A stretch of DNA of 46,480 nt from a candidate division WOR-3 bacterium. Lineage in GTDB: Bacteria > Hydrothermota > Tepidihabitantia > SM23-42 > JAOAFX01. Within the stretch, counting starts at the first letter, position 1, and every line of letters starts with the position of its first letter. The stretch covers positions 1 to 46,480 of the forward strand of contig JBBILZ010000013.1 of assembly GCA_037444665.1 (NCBI GenBank), in the 5' to 3' direction. Of the stretch, positions 11,106 to 21,080 are shown one piece after another. The translations under genes were made by a program, and so were the position numbers. The notes under the pieces were generated by a model. That model was not told where the DNA came from and made no database searches. It worked only from the letters and a program-made list of their open reading frames with translations.

Positions 11106-11759
11106 ATGGAAATAGGAGAACTTAGAAATCACATAAATGAAACATTCAATGAAAAACTATTAATTTTTTTCCAGAGTATAGAAGATATAAAATCTATGCT
11201 GGCAAAAAATATGGAATGGTATGGTAAGATTTATGATGAGATTCACTTATTGAGGGCACTCCTTGCTGCATCAAATCTTACAAAAAAAGAGAATGTTGCA
11301 CTTTTTGTTGATTCACAGAATCTGTATTACTCGGCAAAGATGAGTTATGGTGCCAAGGTGAATTACGAAAAACTATTGCGGTTGATTACTGGTGAAAGGA
11401 ATCTTGTTAAAGCCTATGCATATATTGTTCAACCACCAGAAGGAGATGTAAAACCATTTGCTACAAGCCTTGAGCATATTGGTTATATTGTTAAAATCAA
11501 GGATGTCCGCACGCGTGCTGATGGTTCAGCAAAGGCAAACTGGGATATGGGAATTGCCCTTGATATTTTAGGGATTATTGATTATGTTGATACAATAATT
11601 CTTGCTTCGGGTGATGGTGATTTTGTCCCTTTAGTTGAATTCGTGCGTAATAAACATAAAAAAGTTGAAATTTTTTCTTTTCCTGAGAATACTGCCTATG
11701 ATTTAAAAGAGAAGGCAGACCGATTTGAACCCCTTGATGATAGGGTAATCCTTTCGTAA
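11106..11759 (+). CDS. NYN / LabA-DUF88 (PIN-like) domain protein
   Basis: VALFVDSQNLYY, KANWDMGIALD, ILASGDGDFVPLVE; SD AAGGAG. Confidence 0.9.
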   Translation: MEIGELRNHINETFNEKLLIFFQSIEDIKSMLAKNMEWYGKIYDEIHLLRALLAASNLTKKENVALFVDSQNLYYSAKMSYGAKVNYEKLLRLITGERNLVKAYAYIVQPPEGDVKPFATSLEHIGYIVKIKDVRTRADGSAKANWDMGIALDILGIIDYVDTIILASGDGDFVPLVEFVRNKHKKVEIFSFPENTAYDLKEKADRFEPLDDRVILS

Positions 11760-11776
11760 ATCAGTTATACAAAGAG

Positions 11777-12616
11777 ATGATTGATTATCATATCCACACG
11801 AGCCATTCCATTGATGCAGAAGGCAGTCTTAATGAATATGCACAAAGGGCAATGGCATTGGGCTTAAAAGAGATATGCTTTACAAATCATTGTGAATTAG
11901 ATAGAGCAAGGGATGACAACCTTATCCGATTCAATGGCAAAATTATACCATTGACCAGAGAGGCGCTCATAAATCTGCAGAACGAAGTGATGGCGATAAA
12001 AGAGATATACCGAAAGCAAGGTTTAAAGATTAGATTTGGCCTTGAAATCGGTTTCTTTCCAGGTATTGAAGCACGATTGAATGATTTGATAGAAGGATTG
12101 GCTCTGGACTATGTGCTTGCAGGTATCCATTGTCTTGACCATATCTGTATTGATAGTTCAAAAGAATGTGAAACTTATTTTCAAAGAAATAATGTGGAAA
12201 GGCTCATAGAAGATTATTTTAACACTATGGAGCAGTTAATTCATTCACGGCTTTTTGATGCCATTGCCCATTTTGATGTATACAAAAAATATGGATTAAA
12301 TTTTTATGGAGAGGCGATAAAGAAGATTGACCAGGAAAGGATTGTTTATCTATTCCAATTGATGGCTGATAATGGTATTTGCCTTGAGATAAATACAGCA
12401 GGCTTGAGAAGAATCAATCAATTTTATCCAGCAGATGATTTTATGTTACTTGCAAAACAGGCAGGTATTGAAGTAATTACGATTGGTTCTGATTGCCATA
12501 GACCGTCTGATATTGGAAAAGGGGTTTATGAGGCAATTGAATATATAAAGATGCACAAATTTAACAGAATATATGGATTTGAGAATCGTGTGCGAATACC
12601 CCTTGACGATTTTTAA
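11777..12616 (+). CDS. PHP-family phosphoesterase, histidinol-phosphatase HisJ-like
   Basis: DYHIHT, FTNH, AHFD, LEINTAG and TIGSDCH motifs. Confidence 0.88.
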   Translation: MIDYHIHTSHSIDAEGSLNEYAQRAMALGLKEICFTNHCELDRARDDNLIRFNGKIIPLTREALINLQNEVMAIKEIYRKQGLKIRFGLEIGFFPGIEARLNDLIEGLALDYVLAGIHCLDHICIDSSKECETYFQRNNVERLIEDYFNTMEQLIHSRLFDAIAHFDVYKKYGLNFYGEAIKKIDQERIVYLFQLMADNGICLEINTAGLRRINQFYPADDFMLLAKQAGIEVITIGSDCHRPSDIGKGVYEAIEYIKMHKFNRIYGFENRVRIPLDDF

Positions 12617-12630
12617 CTTTGAATTATAAT
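12603..12630 (+). promoter_or_regulatory. sigma70-like promoter TTGACG-N16-TATAAT upstream of the protease cluster
   Basis: Near-consensus hexamers. Confidence 0.65.
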
Positions 12631-12689
12631 ATAATGTAGATATAAAGGGAGAAGGAAGAAAGACTATACTTAAGTCTAAAATCGGGTTA

Positions 12690-12717
12690 TTGACGGTGAT
12701 TTTAAAATGGTTATATT
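12690..12717 (+). promoter_or_regulatory. Second tandem promoter TTGACG-N16-TATATT
   Basis: Near-consensus hexamers with the same 16-nt spacer. Confidence 0.55.
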
Positions 12718-12873
12718 ATTAAATTTTGGAATGTTTGAAATTCCAATGCTTAATAATAGAAATAGAAGAGATAAATTATTAATGAAAAATTAACCAAAGA
12801 AAGGAGGTGCGACGAAAAAGATAAAAAAATTGTGGAAGAATATTTACATATAAACAAAGAAAGAGGAGGTAAA

Positions 12874-15800
12874 ATGGAAGTGATTTTGATTATTGCCCTG
12901 ATGGGCAGTATGGATCCATATCTGGTTTCACACCAGAGTGGAACATTTACACCTTCATATCTGCCGGAGTATGACTATATCGCTATTGCCGGCTATTATT
13001 TCAATCCCCGAGAAAAACTACCTGAGATTCCGGCTGAGTTAACCGGCACATCAGATTATTATCTGATTCATTTAAAAGGGCCGGTCTATGATGAGATGAA
13101 ACAGGCAATTGAATCATATGGTGTAAAATTGATTCAATACATTCCGTTCAATTGTTTCATTGCAAAGATGGATGTAGATAAAAAGGCGATAATTGAAGGG
13201 TTACCTTCTGTTAACTGGGTAGGGAACTATGAGCCTGCATATAAGATTAGTCCCCTGTTTAAGGAGTTGTCAGAAGAAAAGGAGATGCTGGTAATACTCT
13301 TTGATGATGAAGACATCTATCTGGTTAAGAATCGTCTCGTTAATATTGGTTGTGAGATTCTTGAGGTTTCAGATACTGATTTTGGTAAGATTATAAAGAT
13401 AATGACCGAGCAATCAAATATTCCTGAAATTGTGCGAATTTCCAGTATAAAGTATGTTGAACCTTATCTCCATCCAGTGGCATATAATCAATCTGCCCAG
13501 TGGGTGACCCAGACCTGGAAACAGGCGAATAGAAGGGTTTGGAACAAGAATATAAAAGGTCAGGGACAGGTTGTGAGCACTGCTGATACTGGAATTTTGA
13601 CTACCCATGATATGTTCCGCGACCCTGCGGTTTCCATCACGACCTGGGGTAATTATCCCACACATCGGAAGATTATTGCCTATCTTCAGCCTACGGGTTC
13701 TTCATCAGCATTTGGTGATGTTGCTGGTGGTTCCTGGCATGGCACACATACTGCAGGAACTATTTGCGGAGATGATTCCTATGTTGGTGGCGCAAATCCA
13801 AATGATGGTATGCCCATAAATGCCAAGATGTTCTTTATGGACATTGGAACATCTACTGGTGGTCTTTCAGTGCCTGCAAACCTTGCCAATCTATATCAAC
13901 CGCCATATAATGGCAATGCTGGTGGAGCAGCAAGGGTCTCTTCACATTCCTGGGGTTCAACAAGTGGTGCGGGTAGTTACACATCTTATTGTGTGAACAC
14001 AGACCAGTTTATGTGGAATTACAGAGACTTTCTAATTCTTTATGCCGCAGGCAATAGCGGACCTGGTTCAAACACGGTCTATCCACCTGGTACATCAAAG
14101 AATATCCTCACGCTTGGTGCAACAATGAATAGCACATCAGCAGTAACAATGGCAGACTTTTCAAGTAGAGGTCCAACCTTGGATAATAGAATAAAACCTA
14201 CAGTCACTGCACCAGGATACTTTCTTTTCTCATCAGTAGGACCGAACAACAATTCTTACCTTGGAATGGCAGGAACGAGTATGGCAACACCCTGTGCAGC
14301 AGGCGATGCCGCGCTCGTGAGACAATACTTTGCCAAAGGGTTTTATCCTACTGGTGATTCTAATGCGGCAAATCAGTGGAGTTTTATTCCTGCATCTGTA
14401 GTAAAGGCGATGATTGTTAATGGTGCACATCCATCAATCACCGGTTCAACAATTCCTGATAATAATACTGGCTGGGGCAGGGTATGCCTGGATGATGCCT
14501 TGTTCTTTAGTGGTGATGTGCGTAAATTGTGGGTCACCTATGACAGTGTTTCTACAGGCCAGTATGATGAATTTACAGTTACAGTAAATAACCAGTCTGA
14601 GCCATTGAAGATTACCCTGGTCTGGACCGATTATCCTGCTACTGCTGGTGCGAGTGTGACATTGGTCAATAATCTTGATTTACAGGTAACAAGCCCGACG
14701 GCAACAGTCTATCTCGGCAATGTTTATAGTGGTGGTCAGTCAGCACCTGGCGGAACTGCTGATAATAGAAATGTAGAGGAGAATGTGCGTCGTAATGTGC
14801 CGGAGATTGGTAACTGGACGATTCGGGTTACTGGCACTAATGTGCCATCAGGTTCAAGACAGCCCTATGCATTGGTTGTATCTGGTGGTCTTGGTCCGAC
14901 CACGAGCCCAGTGCTCCATATTGTTGGTCAGCGTATCTATGACCCACCGCCAGGTGGTAATTTCAATGGTCGCTGCGATGCTGGAGAAACAGTCACCTTG
15001 ATTGATACTTTGAAGAATCTCTCTGGTGTTGCAGCGAGCGGTTGCACTGGTGTGCTCAGAGAATCAAGTCCATATGTCACCCTAATTGATTCAATAGGAA
15101 CATTTGGTAATATAGCAATCGGTGCGACTGGACATAATGGCTCTGACCCATTCAGTTTCTCAATTTCTGCATCAACCCCGGCTGGAACATTCATACCTTT
15201 CACACTCCATCTAACCGGTGGTGGCGGTTATACCCAGGATATTGGTTTTGACCTTGAGGTTGGTATCAATGAAGTCCATATTATCTGGGGACCAAAGACT
15301 GTGAATATTGCACCGGGTGATACCCATTTCTTATATGGTTGTGGTTATAATCCAAATAATGACCGTATCTATGTCACAAATGCCTACGAGAGAAAGATTT
15401 ACTATTACACCTCAGATAGCAATGCCACATATCAGGGTTATATCACTGCACCAGATACATTTGGCACGGATATTAAGTATTGTGCCTATGATAATACATT
15501 CTGGTTTGTGGCAGATTGGTCCCAAGCCTATCCTAATGGCAAACGGATAATGAAGATTAATACAAGTGGAACAATACTCAGACAGTTTGCCAATCCAGCA
15601 AATGATTATCCTACGGGCCTTGCCTGGGTGCCAAGTTCGCGCTGGCTATATACTGCAGACCGCAGGACCAATGCTGGTGTTACTCCTATTATCTATCGTT
15701 GTGATACACTTGGTGGGAATGTGTCATCATATAATCTTACAATTGGTGATAATTATGGACCGCGTGGTATGGCAATTGAGCCATACGGACCTGATACTAC

Positions 15801-16347
15801 ACTTCTATTAGTCTATACCCATTTCAGCAGCGGTGCAACACCGGTTCTGCTCAAGATTGCGCTCTATGAATTGAGAAGGAGTGATGGCACTGTGCTCAAT
15901 TCAGTTACATTACCGGGCTGGAATGTGCGTGGTGTTGAGTATGACCCAAGGGATGGTAATTACTGGCTCACCATAGCACAGAATCCTAATCGTGCAATCG
16001 TAAAGATTCTTGGATTCCGCGGAGTCCCTGGTATTGGTATTGATGAGTCAGGAAATTTCACACCAATGGAAAAAATCACACTTTCACCAGGTATGCCTAC
16101 ACCATTCAGCAGGAATGTGAAATTTACCTATTCGGTTCCATTGAGAATGAATGTTAAATTATCACTCTATGATATTACAGGGCGTCTGGTAAAGACATTT
16201 GTCAATGGTGAGGTTGAACCGGGAACACACACAGTGATTTGGAACGGTATCGCAGATGATAATAAGTCCTGTGCCAGTGGTGTATATTTCTGCCATCTTG
16301 AGACTGAACAGGGTCCACTCGTAAGAAAACTCGTATTGACAAGATAG
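12874..16347 (+). CDS. Secreted S8 (subtilisin, Kp43-like) serine peptidase with a beta-propeller-like region and FlgD/T9SS-like CTD
   Basis: Triad ADTG / HGTHTAG / GTSMAT; AAGN oxyanion motif; KITLVWTD...NNLDL domain; CTD PTPF...LYDITGRLVKT...SGVYF...KLVLTR. SD GAGGAGG before ATG 12874. Confidence 0.93.
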   Translation: MEVILIIALMGSMDPYLVSHQSGTFTPSYLPEYDYIAIAGYYFNPREKLPEIPAELTGTSDYYLIHLKGPVYDEMKQAIESYGVKLIQYIPFNCFIAKMDVDKKAIIEGLPSVNWVGNYEPAYKISPLFKELSEEKEMLVILFDDEDIYLVKNRLVNIGCEILEVSDTDFGKIIKIMTEQSNIPEIVRISSIKYVEPYLHPVAYNQSAQWVTQTWKQANRRVWNKNIKGQGQVVSTADTGILTTHDMFRDPAVSITTWGNYPTHRKIIAYLQPTGSSSAFGDVAGGSWHGTHTAGTICGDDSYVGGANPNDGMPINAKMFFMDIGTSTGGLSVPANLANLYQPPYNGNAGGAARVSSHSWGSTSGAGSYTSYCVNTDQFMWNYRDFLILYAAGNSGPGSNTVYPPGTSKNILTLGATMNSTSAVTMADFSSRGPTLDNRIKPTVTAPGYFLFSSVGPNNNSYLGMAGTSMATPCAAGDAALVRQYFAKGFYPTGDSNAANQWSFIPASVVKAMIVNGAHPSITGSTIPDNNTGWGRVCLDDALFFSGDVRKLWVTYDSVSTGQYDEFTVTVNNQSEPLKITLVWTDYPATAGASVTLVNNLDLQVTSPTATVYLGNVYSGGQSAPGGTADNRNVEENVRRNVPEIGNWTIRVTGTNVPSGSRQPYALVVSGGLGPTTSPVLHIVGQRIYDPPPGGNFNGRCDAGETVTLIDTLKNLSGVAASGCTGVLRESSPYVTLIDSIGTFGNIAIGATGHNGSDPFSFSISASTPAGTFIPFTLHLTGGGGYTQDIGFDLEVGINEVHIIWGPKTVNIAPGDTHFLYGCGYNPNNDRIYVTNAYERKIYYYTSDSNATYQGYITAPDTFGTDIKYCAYDNTFWFVADWSQAYPNGKRIMKINTSGTILRQFANPANDYPTGLAWVPSSRWLYTADRRTNAGVTPIIYRCDTLGGNVSSYNLTIGDNYGPRGMAIEPYGPDTTLLLVYTHFSSGATPVLLKIALYELRRSDGTVLNSVTLPGWNVRGVEYDPRDGNYWLTIAQNPNRAIVKILGFRGVPGIGIDESGNFTPMEKITLSPGMPTPFSRNVKFTYSVPLRMNVKLSLYDITGRLVKTFVNGEVEPGTHTVIWNGIADDNKSCASGVYFCHLETEQGPLVRKLVLTR

Positions 16348-16361
16348 GAAATTAAAATAAC

Positions 16362-16395
16362 CTGGAGGCACTGATTTTGAAATCAGTGCCTCCAG
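16362..16395 (+). terminator. Perfect 16-bp inverted repeat (terminator or stabilising stem; no U-tract)
   Basis: CTGGAGGCACTGATTT-tg-AAATCAGTGCCTCCAG just after the S8 stop. Confidence 0.6.
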
Positions 16396-16419
16396 CCCTG
16401 TACATTGGAAAAAAATAAT

Positions 16420-19400
16420 ATGGTTTCACTAAGTAAAATTTGTGTATTAATAAATATATTTGTAGCAATTAGTTTTACCTATGTCGTAAACATTCCTGTA
16501 GAAAATCTGAACTATTCAATTGAGGATTATCAGGATTTTCAAAGAATATTCCTTGAAAATGGGATAATTCCAGACAATCCTGGTGCACCAGAGATACCGC
16601 ACTATGTTTATACATTTTCTCTGTCACCAAATCAAAAGATTAAAGAAGTAAAGATAATCAATGAACAATGGGATGAGATTCCTGATGTTGTTAATCTTTA
16701 CCCGATCCAGAAAAAGACCATTATAGGACAGGTTAATGAGTTTGTTGAGCCTGATTCAATTATCTATTCCACATCAGCATATTATCCACAAGATATCATC
16801 TGTAATTTTCATTCAGGAAATTTAAGAGGGTACAGGATTGGACAGATTTCTTTTGCTCCTTTTAGATATAATCCAGTCTTAAAAAAAACTGAAATTTTAA
16901 AAAAATTAAATGTTGATATTGTAACAGAATATTGTGAATCAGGTATAAAACCAATCAGGCAAACAGCACTTTCCAGGGTAGTATTTAATAAATTTTTCAA
17001 TGTTCTTACTAACAGGGTGCCAGTGACAGAACCACATTACAATATTGAAGAGAACGCAGAAGATCTACAGCCGACTGATTTGCCCTCTCTATTAGGACCG
17101 CCAGTTGACCTTGTTATAATTACGACTGAACATACCTTTTCTGCTTATGAAGAGTTTGCCCGACTAAAGAAATTACTCGGTTTTAATACAGTTATTAAGA
17201 CCGTATCCTGGATTAAACAGCATTATGATGGCGTGGATGACGCAGAAAGAATCAGAAATTTTATCAAGGATGCAGTGATAAAATGGGGCGTTAGTTTTAT
17301 TCTATTGGGTAATGATGTTCCAGAGATACCGACAAGATGGGTCTGGATACAATATGTAATGGGTAATTATCCTGCCCATATTACTACAGACCTATACTAT
17401 TCAGACCTTGATAAAAATTGGAATTTTGATGGTGATGACCGTTTTGGAGAGGTCTCTGATTCAATTGACCTTTATCCAGATGTGTTGGTAGGTAGAGTCC
17501 CTGCGCATAATCCTGAAGCAGTTGAAGGTTATTTAAACAAAATCTATTCATATATTTTTGATTATCATACTCCGCCTCAGGGTCAGGTGCCACATTACCG
17601 AAAATCTTTATTTGCCTGTAGCAAGTTTATCAGTGAATATGATTCTTATTATATGGCAAATCGCCTGGGTGGTTATTTGCCTCCTAATATAACAAAAAAT
17701 TTTTTGTATGAACAACCCAAACAGGATTATATCAATGCTATTTATGATGGCTATAATATAATAACCTTCCTTGCTCATGGTGATGTAAACCTAATGCGCA
17801 TCAGAACATCTCCGCGCGAATTAGTAACAAATTTCACTTATGATTCTTTGACCAATACAATCTATCCATTGATGGTAGTGATTACCTGTTATGCAGGTCC
17901 ATTCCAGGAAGATTGCCTGGGTGAACACTGGATAATGAATCCGCAAGGTGGTGGCATTGGTTTTATTGGTCCAACAAGCTCCAGTGTTGCCTATGACCAG
18001 GAGATATATATAACCAATTTATTCAATGCGCTATTTAGTAATCCCCTTGCTGGTGCACTTGCCTGGTCAAAGATTCCGGTGATACCACAGTCTCAGTTTG
18101 ACAACTGGGCAAGGGTATTCCAGTTTTCGCTGAACCTCTTAGGTGACCCAACACTGAATATGTGGCAGACCACACCCCATATTATTGATTCTATAATTGT
18201 GAACAAAGATACACTCCACCTGGGACAGGATACAGTTATTATCAATACCCTTCCCCAGATAGATACATTTTTTGTTATTTTCTATAAAGAGAATGAGTTA
18301 TTCATAAAAGACACAGGTTTTGCAGGCGCATCATTTACCACCCTTAAAATCAAATCATCAGGTTTTTTGAAATATACAATTCTGAGTAAAGATTTTATCC
18401 CCTATATTGATTCAATATATGTGAAGAATTCTGAGCCATATATTGTATATCACCATTCATCTATCATTGATTCTTCAGGAAACAACAACGGCATTGCGAA
18501 TCCTGGTGAAACCATAGATTTATATCTTGGTTTAATTAATAATGGAAATCAAGATATTAATTCGTGTAGACTTGCAATGACAAGTTCAGATAGTTTTGTC
18601 ACAATCCTTGTGGATACTGCCTCTTATGGGCAGATTCTGCCTGGTGAAGTCAGAGAGAATTTAACACCATTCCAGTTGAGAATCGGTCCAGACATTCCAG
18701 ATGGTTATGATTTTACTTTATACTTGGTTATTGATTACAGCTCAATAAATTATGATACCTGCCAGATTATTGCTCAATCTCCAGTGCTCTCTCTTTTCAC
18801 ACAACGATTCAGGATAGAAGGTAATTTGTATAAAATTCTACCATTTATTGAAAATTCTGGTAATTGTAGTGCAGATTCTGTTTACGCAAAGATTGAAGCC
18901 TATTCTGATACAATTACTATTATTGATAGCATTGTCTATTTCCCCCGGATTCAACCTGATGAAATCATATCTGGCACAGATTCATTTACCCTGCAATTAA
19001 ATGATTCTGGTTCAGTATGTTATAAGTTCTCTCTGTATTATCTCAATAACAAAGTTCAGGAGAAAAGGATTATGTTGAATACACCTGCACCTCCAGAATC
19101 ATTGTGGGCATTCGGTATGACGAATTCAATCATCTTAAACTGGACATCTGTGAATGGTGCGGCTGGCTACCGAATTTATCGTGCTACAAATCCTTCAGGT
19201 CCTTTTAAGTTTATCAAAAATTTATTGACACCTGTTGCACACTTTGAAGATTCAAATGTTCAGCAAAATATTTATTACTATTATTATCTTGTTACGGTTG
19301 ATTCTTCAATGAATCAAGGGATGAGTTCAGATACGATTCCTGCGAAGACAAATCCGATAGTGGCACAGGGCTGGCCCAGGACTGTTTATGGTTATCTGTT

Positions 19401-20928
19401 TTCTTCGCCAAATTTTGGTGAGCTTGACCCATTCTATCCCGGACTTGAAATCACAGTTTGTAGTAAGAATGGCATGGCCTATGTCTGGCACTGTGATGGC
19501 ACACCTGCAGCAAATAATCCTGATGGTATTATCTTTCAAACCAATAATGAGATATGGTCATCACCAGCAATTGGTGATGTTGATAATAATGGTTCACTTG
19601 AGCTCTGCTTTGGTATAAGAAGTTGGGATAATAATTTTTATATTTTGACCAATGATGGGACAAATAACTGGAGCCCTGTGCCGGGTTGGCCCAAATCCCT
19701 TACTGGTGGTGTGCTTTGTTCACCTGCCCTTGTAGACATTGATGAAGATGGAGATTTGGAAATTTTTGTCATCACTGAAAATGGCACATTTTACGCATTC
19801 CATCATAATGGGGAAGGGCTCTATTCACCAGATGGTCTATTGAAGAATTTGTACGGCTGGCATGGTGGTTCACCAGCCATTGGTGACATAAACGATGATG
19901 GCAATTTAGAGATTGTGGCGTGTGGTGGTTCTAATTCAGATTCACTATTTGTCTGGGACCGTTATGGTAATTATCTTGAACCATTTCCTGTGTGTATAGC
20001 AAGGAAGATGTCTTATTCTCCGGTTCTCGGTGATATTATAGGTAATGGTAATCTTGAAATCTGTTTTTATACAGATTCTACAGAAATGCTCAATGTCGTT
20101 GATGCCGGCGGTAATATCCTCTGGCAGAATTATATTCCGGCATTAGGTGATGTTGAGGCATACCCGGTTATTGCAAATGTTATTGGAAACGAAAGGCCAG
20201 AGGTCATCTGCGGCAGTAACCAGGGAATGCAATTTTTATCGGTCTTTGATTCTCTGGGCAATATGGTGCCGGGTTTTCCTGTAGTAATAGGGCATGATTA
20301 TAAACTTCCTATAGTGACTGATGTGGATGGAGACAGTGTAATGGATATTATCTGTGGTGCAGCAGACTGGAATTTATATGCATTTAATAATAGTGGAGGA
20401 CTTTTGAGTGGATTTCCCATCCATTTTGGTATTAGAATTGAGCAGTCTCCAGCAGTCTTTGATATTGATAATGATGGAAAACTTGAACTGATGGTCGGTG
20501 CAAATGACTTTAAGTTCTGGGTATTTAATCTTGATTCAAAAGTCTTTGATTGGCCAAAGTTCCGTTATGACCCATACAACTCAGGTTGTTATAAATCACG
20601 ATACTGGCCAGGGATTAAAGAACTTATTGCCAGAAATGATAATAATAGATACTATTTTGGAATAGCACCGAATCCATTCAGGAAACACCTTAAAATTAAA
20701 TTCGAAATTCGAAATTCGAAATTCGAAACATCATTGAAAATCTACGATGAAACTGGCAGATTGGTGAAATCTTTTAACTATCAAACCATCCAACCATCTA
20801 ACCATACAACCAATATCGTCTGGGATGGAACAGACAATTTAGGTCGCAGACTTCCTGCAGGTGTCTATTTTGTGCGGTTTGAGGTGGATGATTTCAAACA
20901 GGTGGAGAAGGCAATATTACTAAGATAA
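16420..20928 (+). CDS. Secreted gingipain-like C25 cysteine peptidase with FN3, FG-GAP/VCBS repeats and CTD
   Basis: Propeptide PGAPEIP; C25 motifs AERIRNFIK, TDLYYSDLD, VGRVP, AHG, TCYAG, NLLGDP; FN3 LNW..V.GA.GY.IYRA; SSPAIGDVDNNG-type repeats; CTD PNPF...IYDETGRLVK...LPAGVYFVR. Confidence 0.92.
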   Translation: MVSLSKICVLINIFVAISFTYVVNIPVENLNYSIEDYQDFQRIFLENGIIPDNPGAPEIPHYVYTFSLSPNQKIKEVKIINEQWDEIPDVVNLYPIQKKTIIGQVNEFVEPDSIIYSTSAYYPQDIICNFHSGNLRGYRIGQISFAPFRYNPVLKKTEILKKLNVDIVTEYCESGIKPIRQTALSRVVFNKFFNVLTNRVPVTEPHYNIEENAEDLQPTDLPSLLGPPVDLVIITTEHTFSAYEEFARLKKLLGFNTVIKTVSWIKQHYDGVDDAERIRNFIKDAVIKWGVSFILLGNDVPEIPTRWVWIQYVMGNYPAHITTDLYYSDLDKNWNFDGDDRFGEVSDSIDLYPDVLVGRVPAHNPEAVEGYLNKIYSYIFDYHTPPQGQVPHYRKSLFACSKFISEYDSYYMANRLGGYLPPNITKNFLYEQPKQDYINAIYDGYNIITFLAHGDVNLMRIRTSPRELVTNFTYDSLTNTIYPLMVVITCYAGPFQEDCLGEHWIMNPQGGGIGFIGPTSSSVAYDQEIYITNLFNALFSNPLAGALAWSKIPVIPQSQFDNWARVFQFSLNLLGDPTLNMWQTTPHIIDSIIVNKDTLHLGQDTVIINTLPQIDTFFVIFYKENELFIKDTGFAGASFTTLKIKSSGFLKYTILSKDFIPYIDSIYVKNSEPYIVYHHSSIIDSSGNNNGIANPGETIDLYLGLINNGNQDINSCRLAMTSSDSFVTILVDTASYGQILPGEVRENLTPFQLRIGPDIPDGYDFTLYLVIDYSSINYDTCQIIAQSPVLSLFTQRFRIEGNLYKILPFIENSGNCSADSVYAKIEAYSDTITIIDSIVYFPRIQPDEIISGTDSFTLQLNDSGSVCYKFSLYYLNNKVQEKRIMLNTPAPPESLWAFGMTNSIILNWTSVNGAAGYRIYRATNPSGPFKFIKNLLTPVAHFEDSNVQQNIYYYYYLVTVDSSMNQGMSSDTIPAKTNPIVAQGWPRTVYGYLFSSPNFGELDPFYPGLEITVCSKNGMAYVWHCDGTPAANNPDGIIFQTNNEIWSSPAIGDVDNNGSLELCFGIRSWDNNFYILTNDGTNNWSPVPGWPKSLTGGVLCSPALVDIDEDGDLEIFVITENGTFYAFHHNGEGLYSPDGLLKNLYGWHGGSPAIGDINDDGNLEIVACGGSNSDSLFVWDRYGNYLEPFPVCIARKMSYSPVLGDIIGNGNLEICFYTDSTEMLNVVDAGGNILWQNYIPALGDVEAYPVIANVIGNERPEVICGSNQGMQFLSVFDSLGNMVPGFPVVIGHDYKLPIVTDVDGDSVMDIICGAADWNLYAFNNSGGLLSGFPIHFGIRIEQSPAVFDIDNDGKLELMVGANDFKFWVFNLDSKVFDWPKFRYDPYNSGCYKSRYWPGIKELIARNDNNRYYFGIAPNPFRKHLKIKFEIRNSKFETSLKIYDETGRLVKSFNYQTIQPSNHTTNIVWDGTDNLGRRLPAGVYFVRFEVDDFKQVEKAILLR
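20698..20728 (+). repeat. Perfect heptamer tandem repeat (TTCGAAA)x4 inside the CTD coding sequence
   Basis: AAA TTCGAAA TTCGAAA TTCGAAA TTCGAAA encoding KFEIRNSKFE. Confidence 0.9.
20776..20815 (+). repeat. Degenerate octamer tandem repeat (AACCATNN-like, 5 units) inside the CTD coding sequence
   Basis: aactatca aaccatcc aaccatct aaccatac aaccaata. Confidence 0.8.
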
Positions 20929-20969
20929 GGGTAAAGAAGGGTAAAGGGGGGTGGAGAATTAATTTGGTA

Positions 20970-20997
20970 TTGACATTGGGTAGAATTTTATTATTAT
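20970..20997 (+). promoter_or_regulatory. sigma70-like promoter TTGACA-N16-TATTAT for the second S8 peptidase
   Basis: Near-consensus hexamers in the intergenic gap. Confidence 0.65.
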
Positions 20998-21080
20998 ATA
21001 ACTAAAAAAGGAGGTGATGCAAAAATAAAAAATAGGTGAAGCATAGTGGCTCGCAGAGCCAAAAAAAGAAAGGAGTTGAG

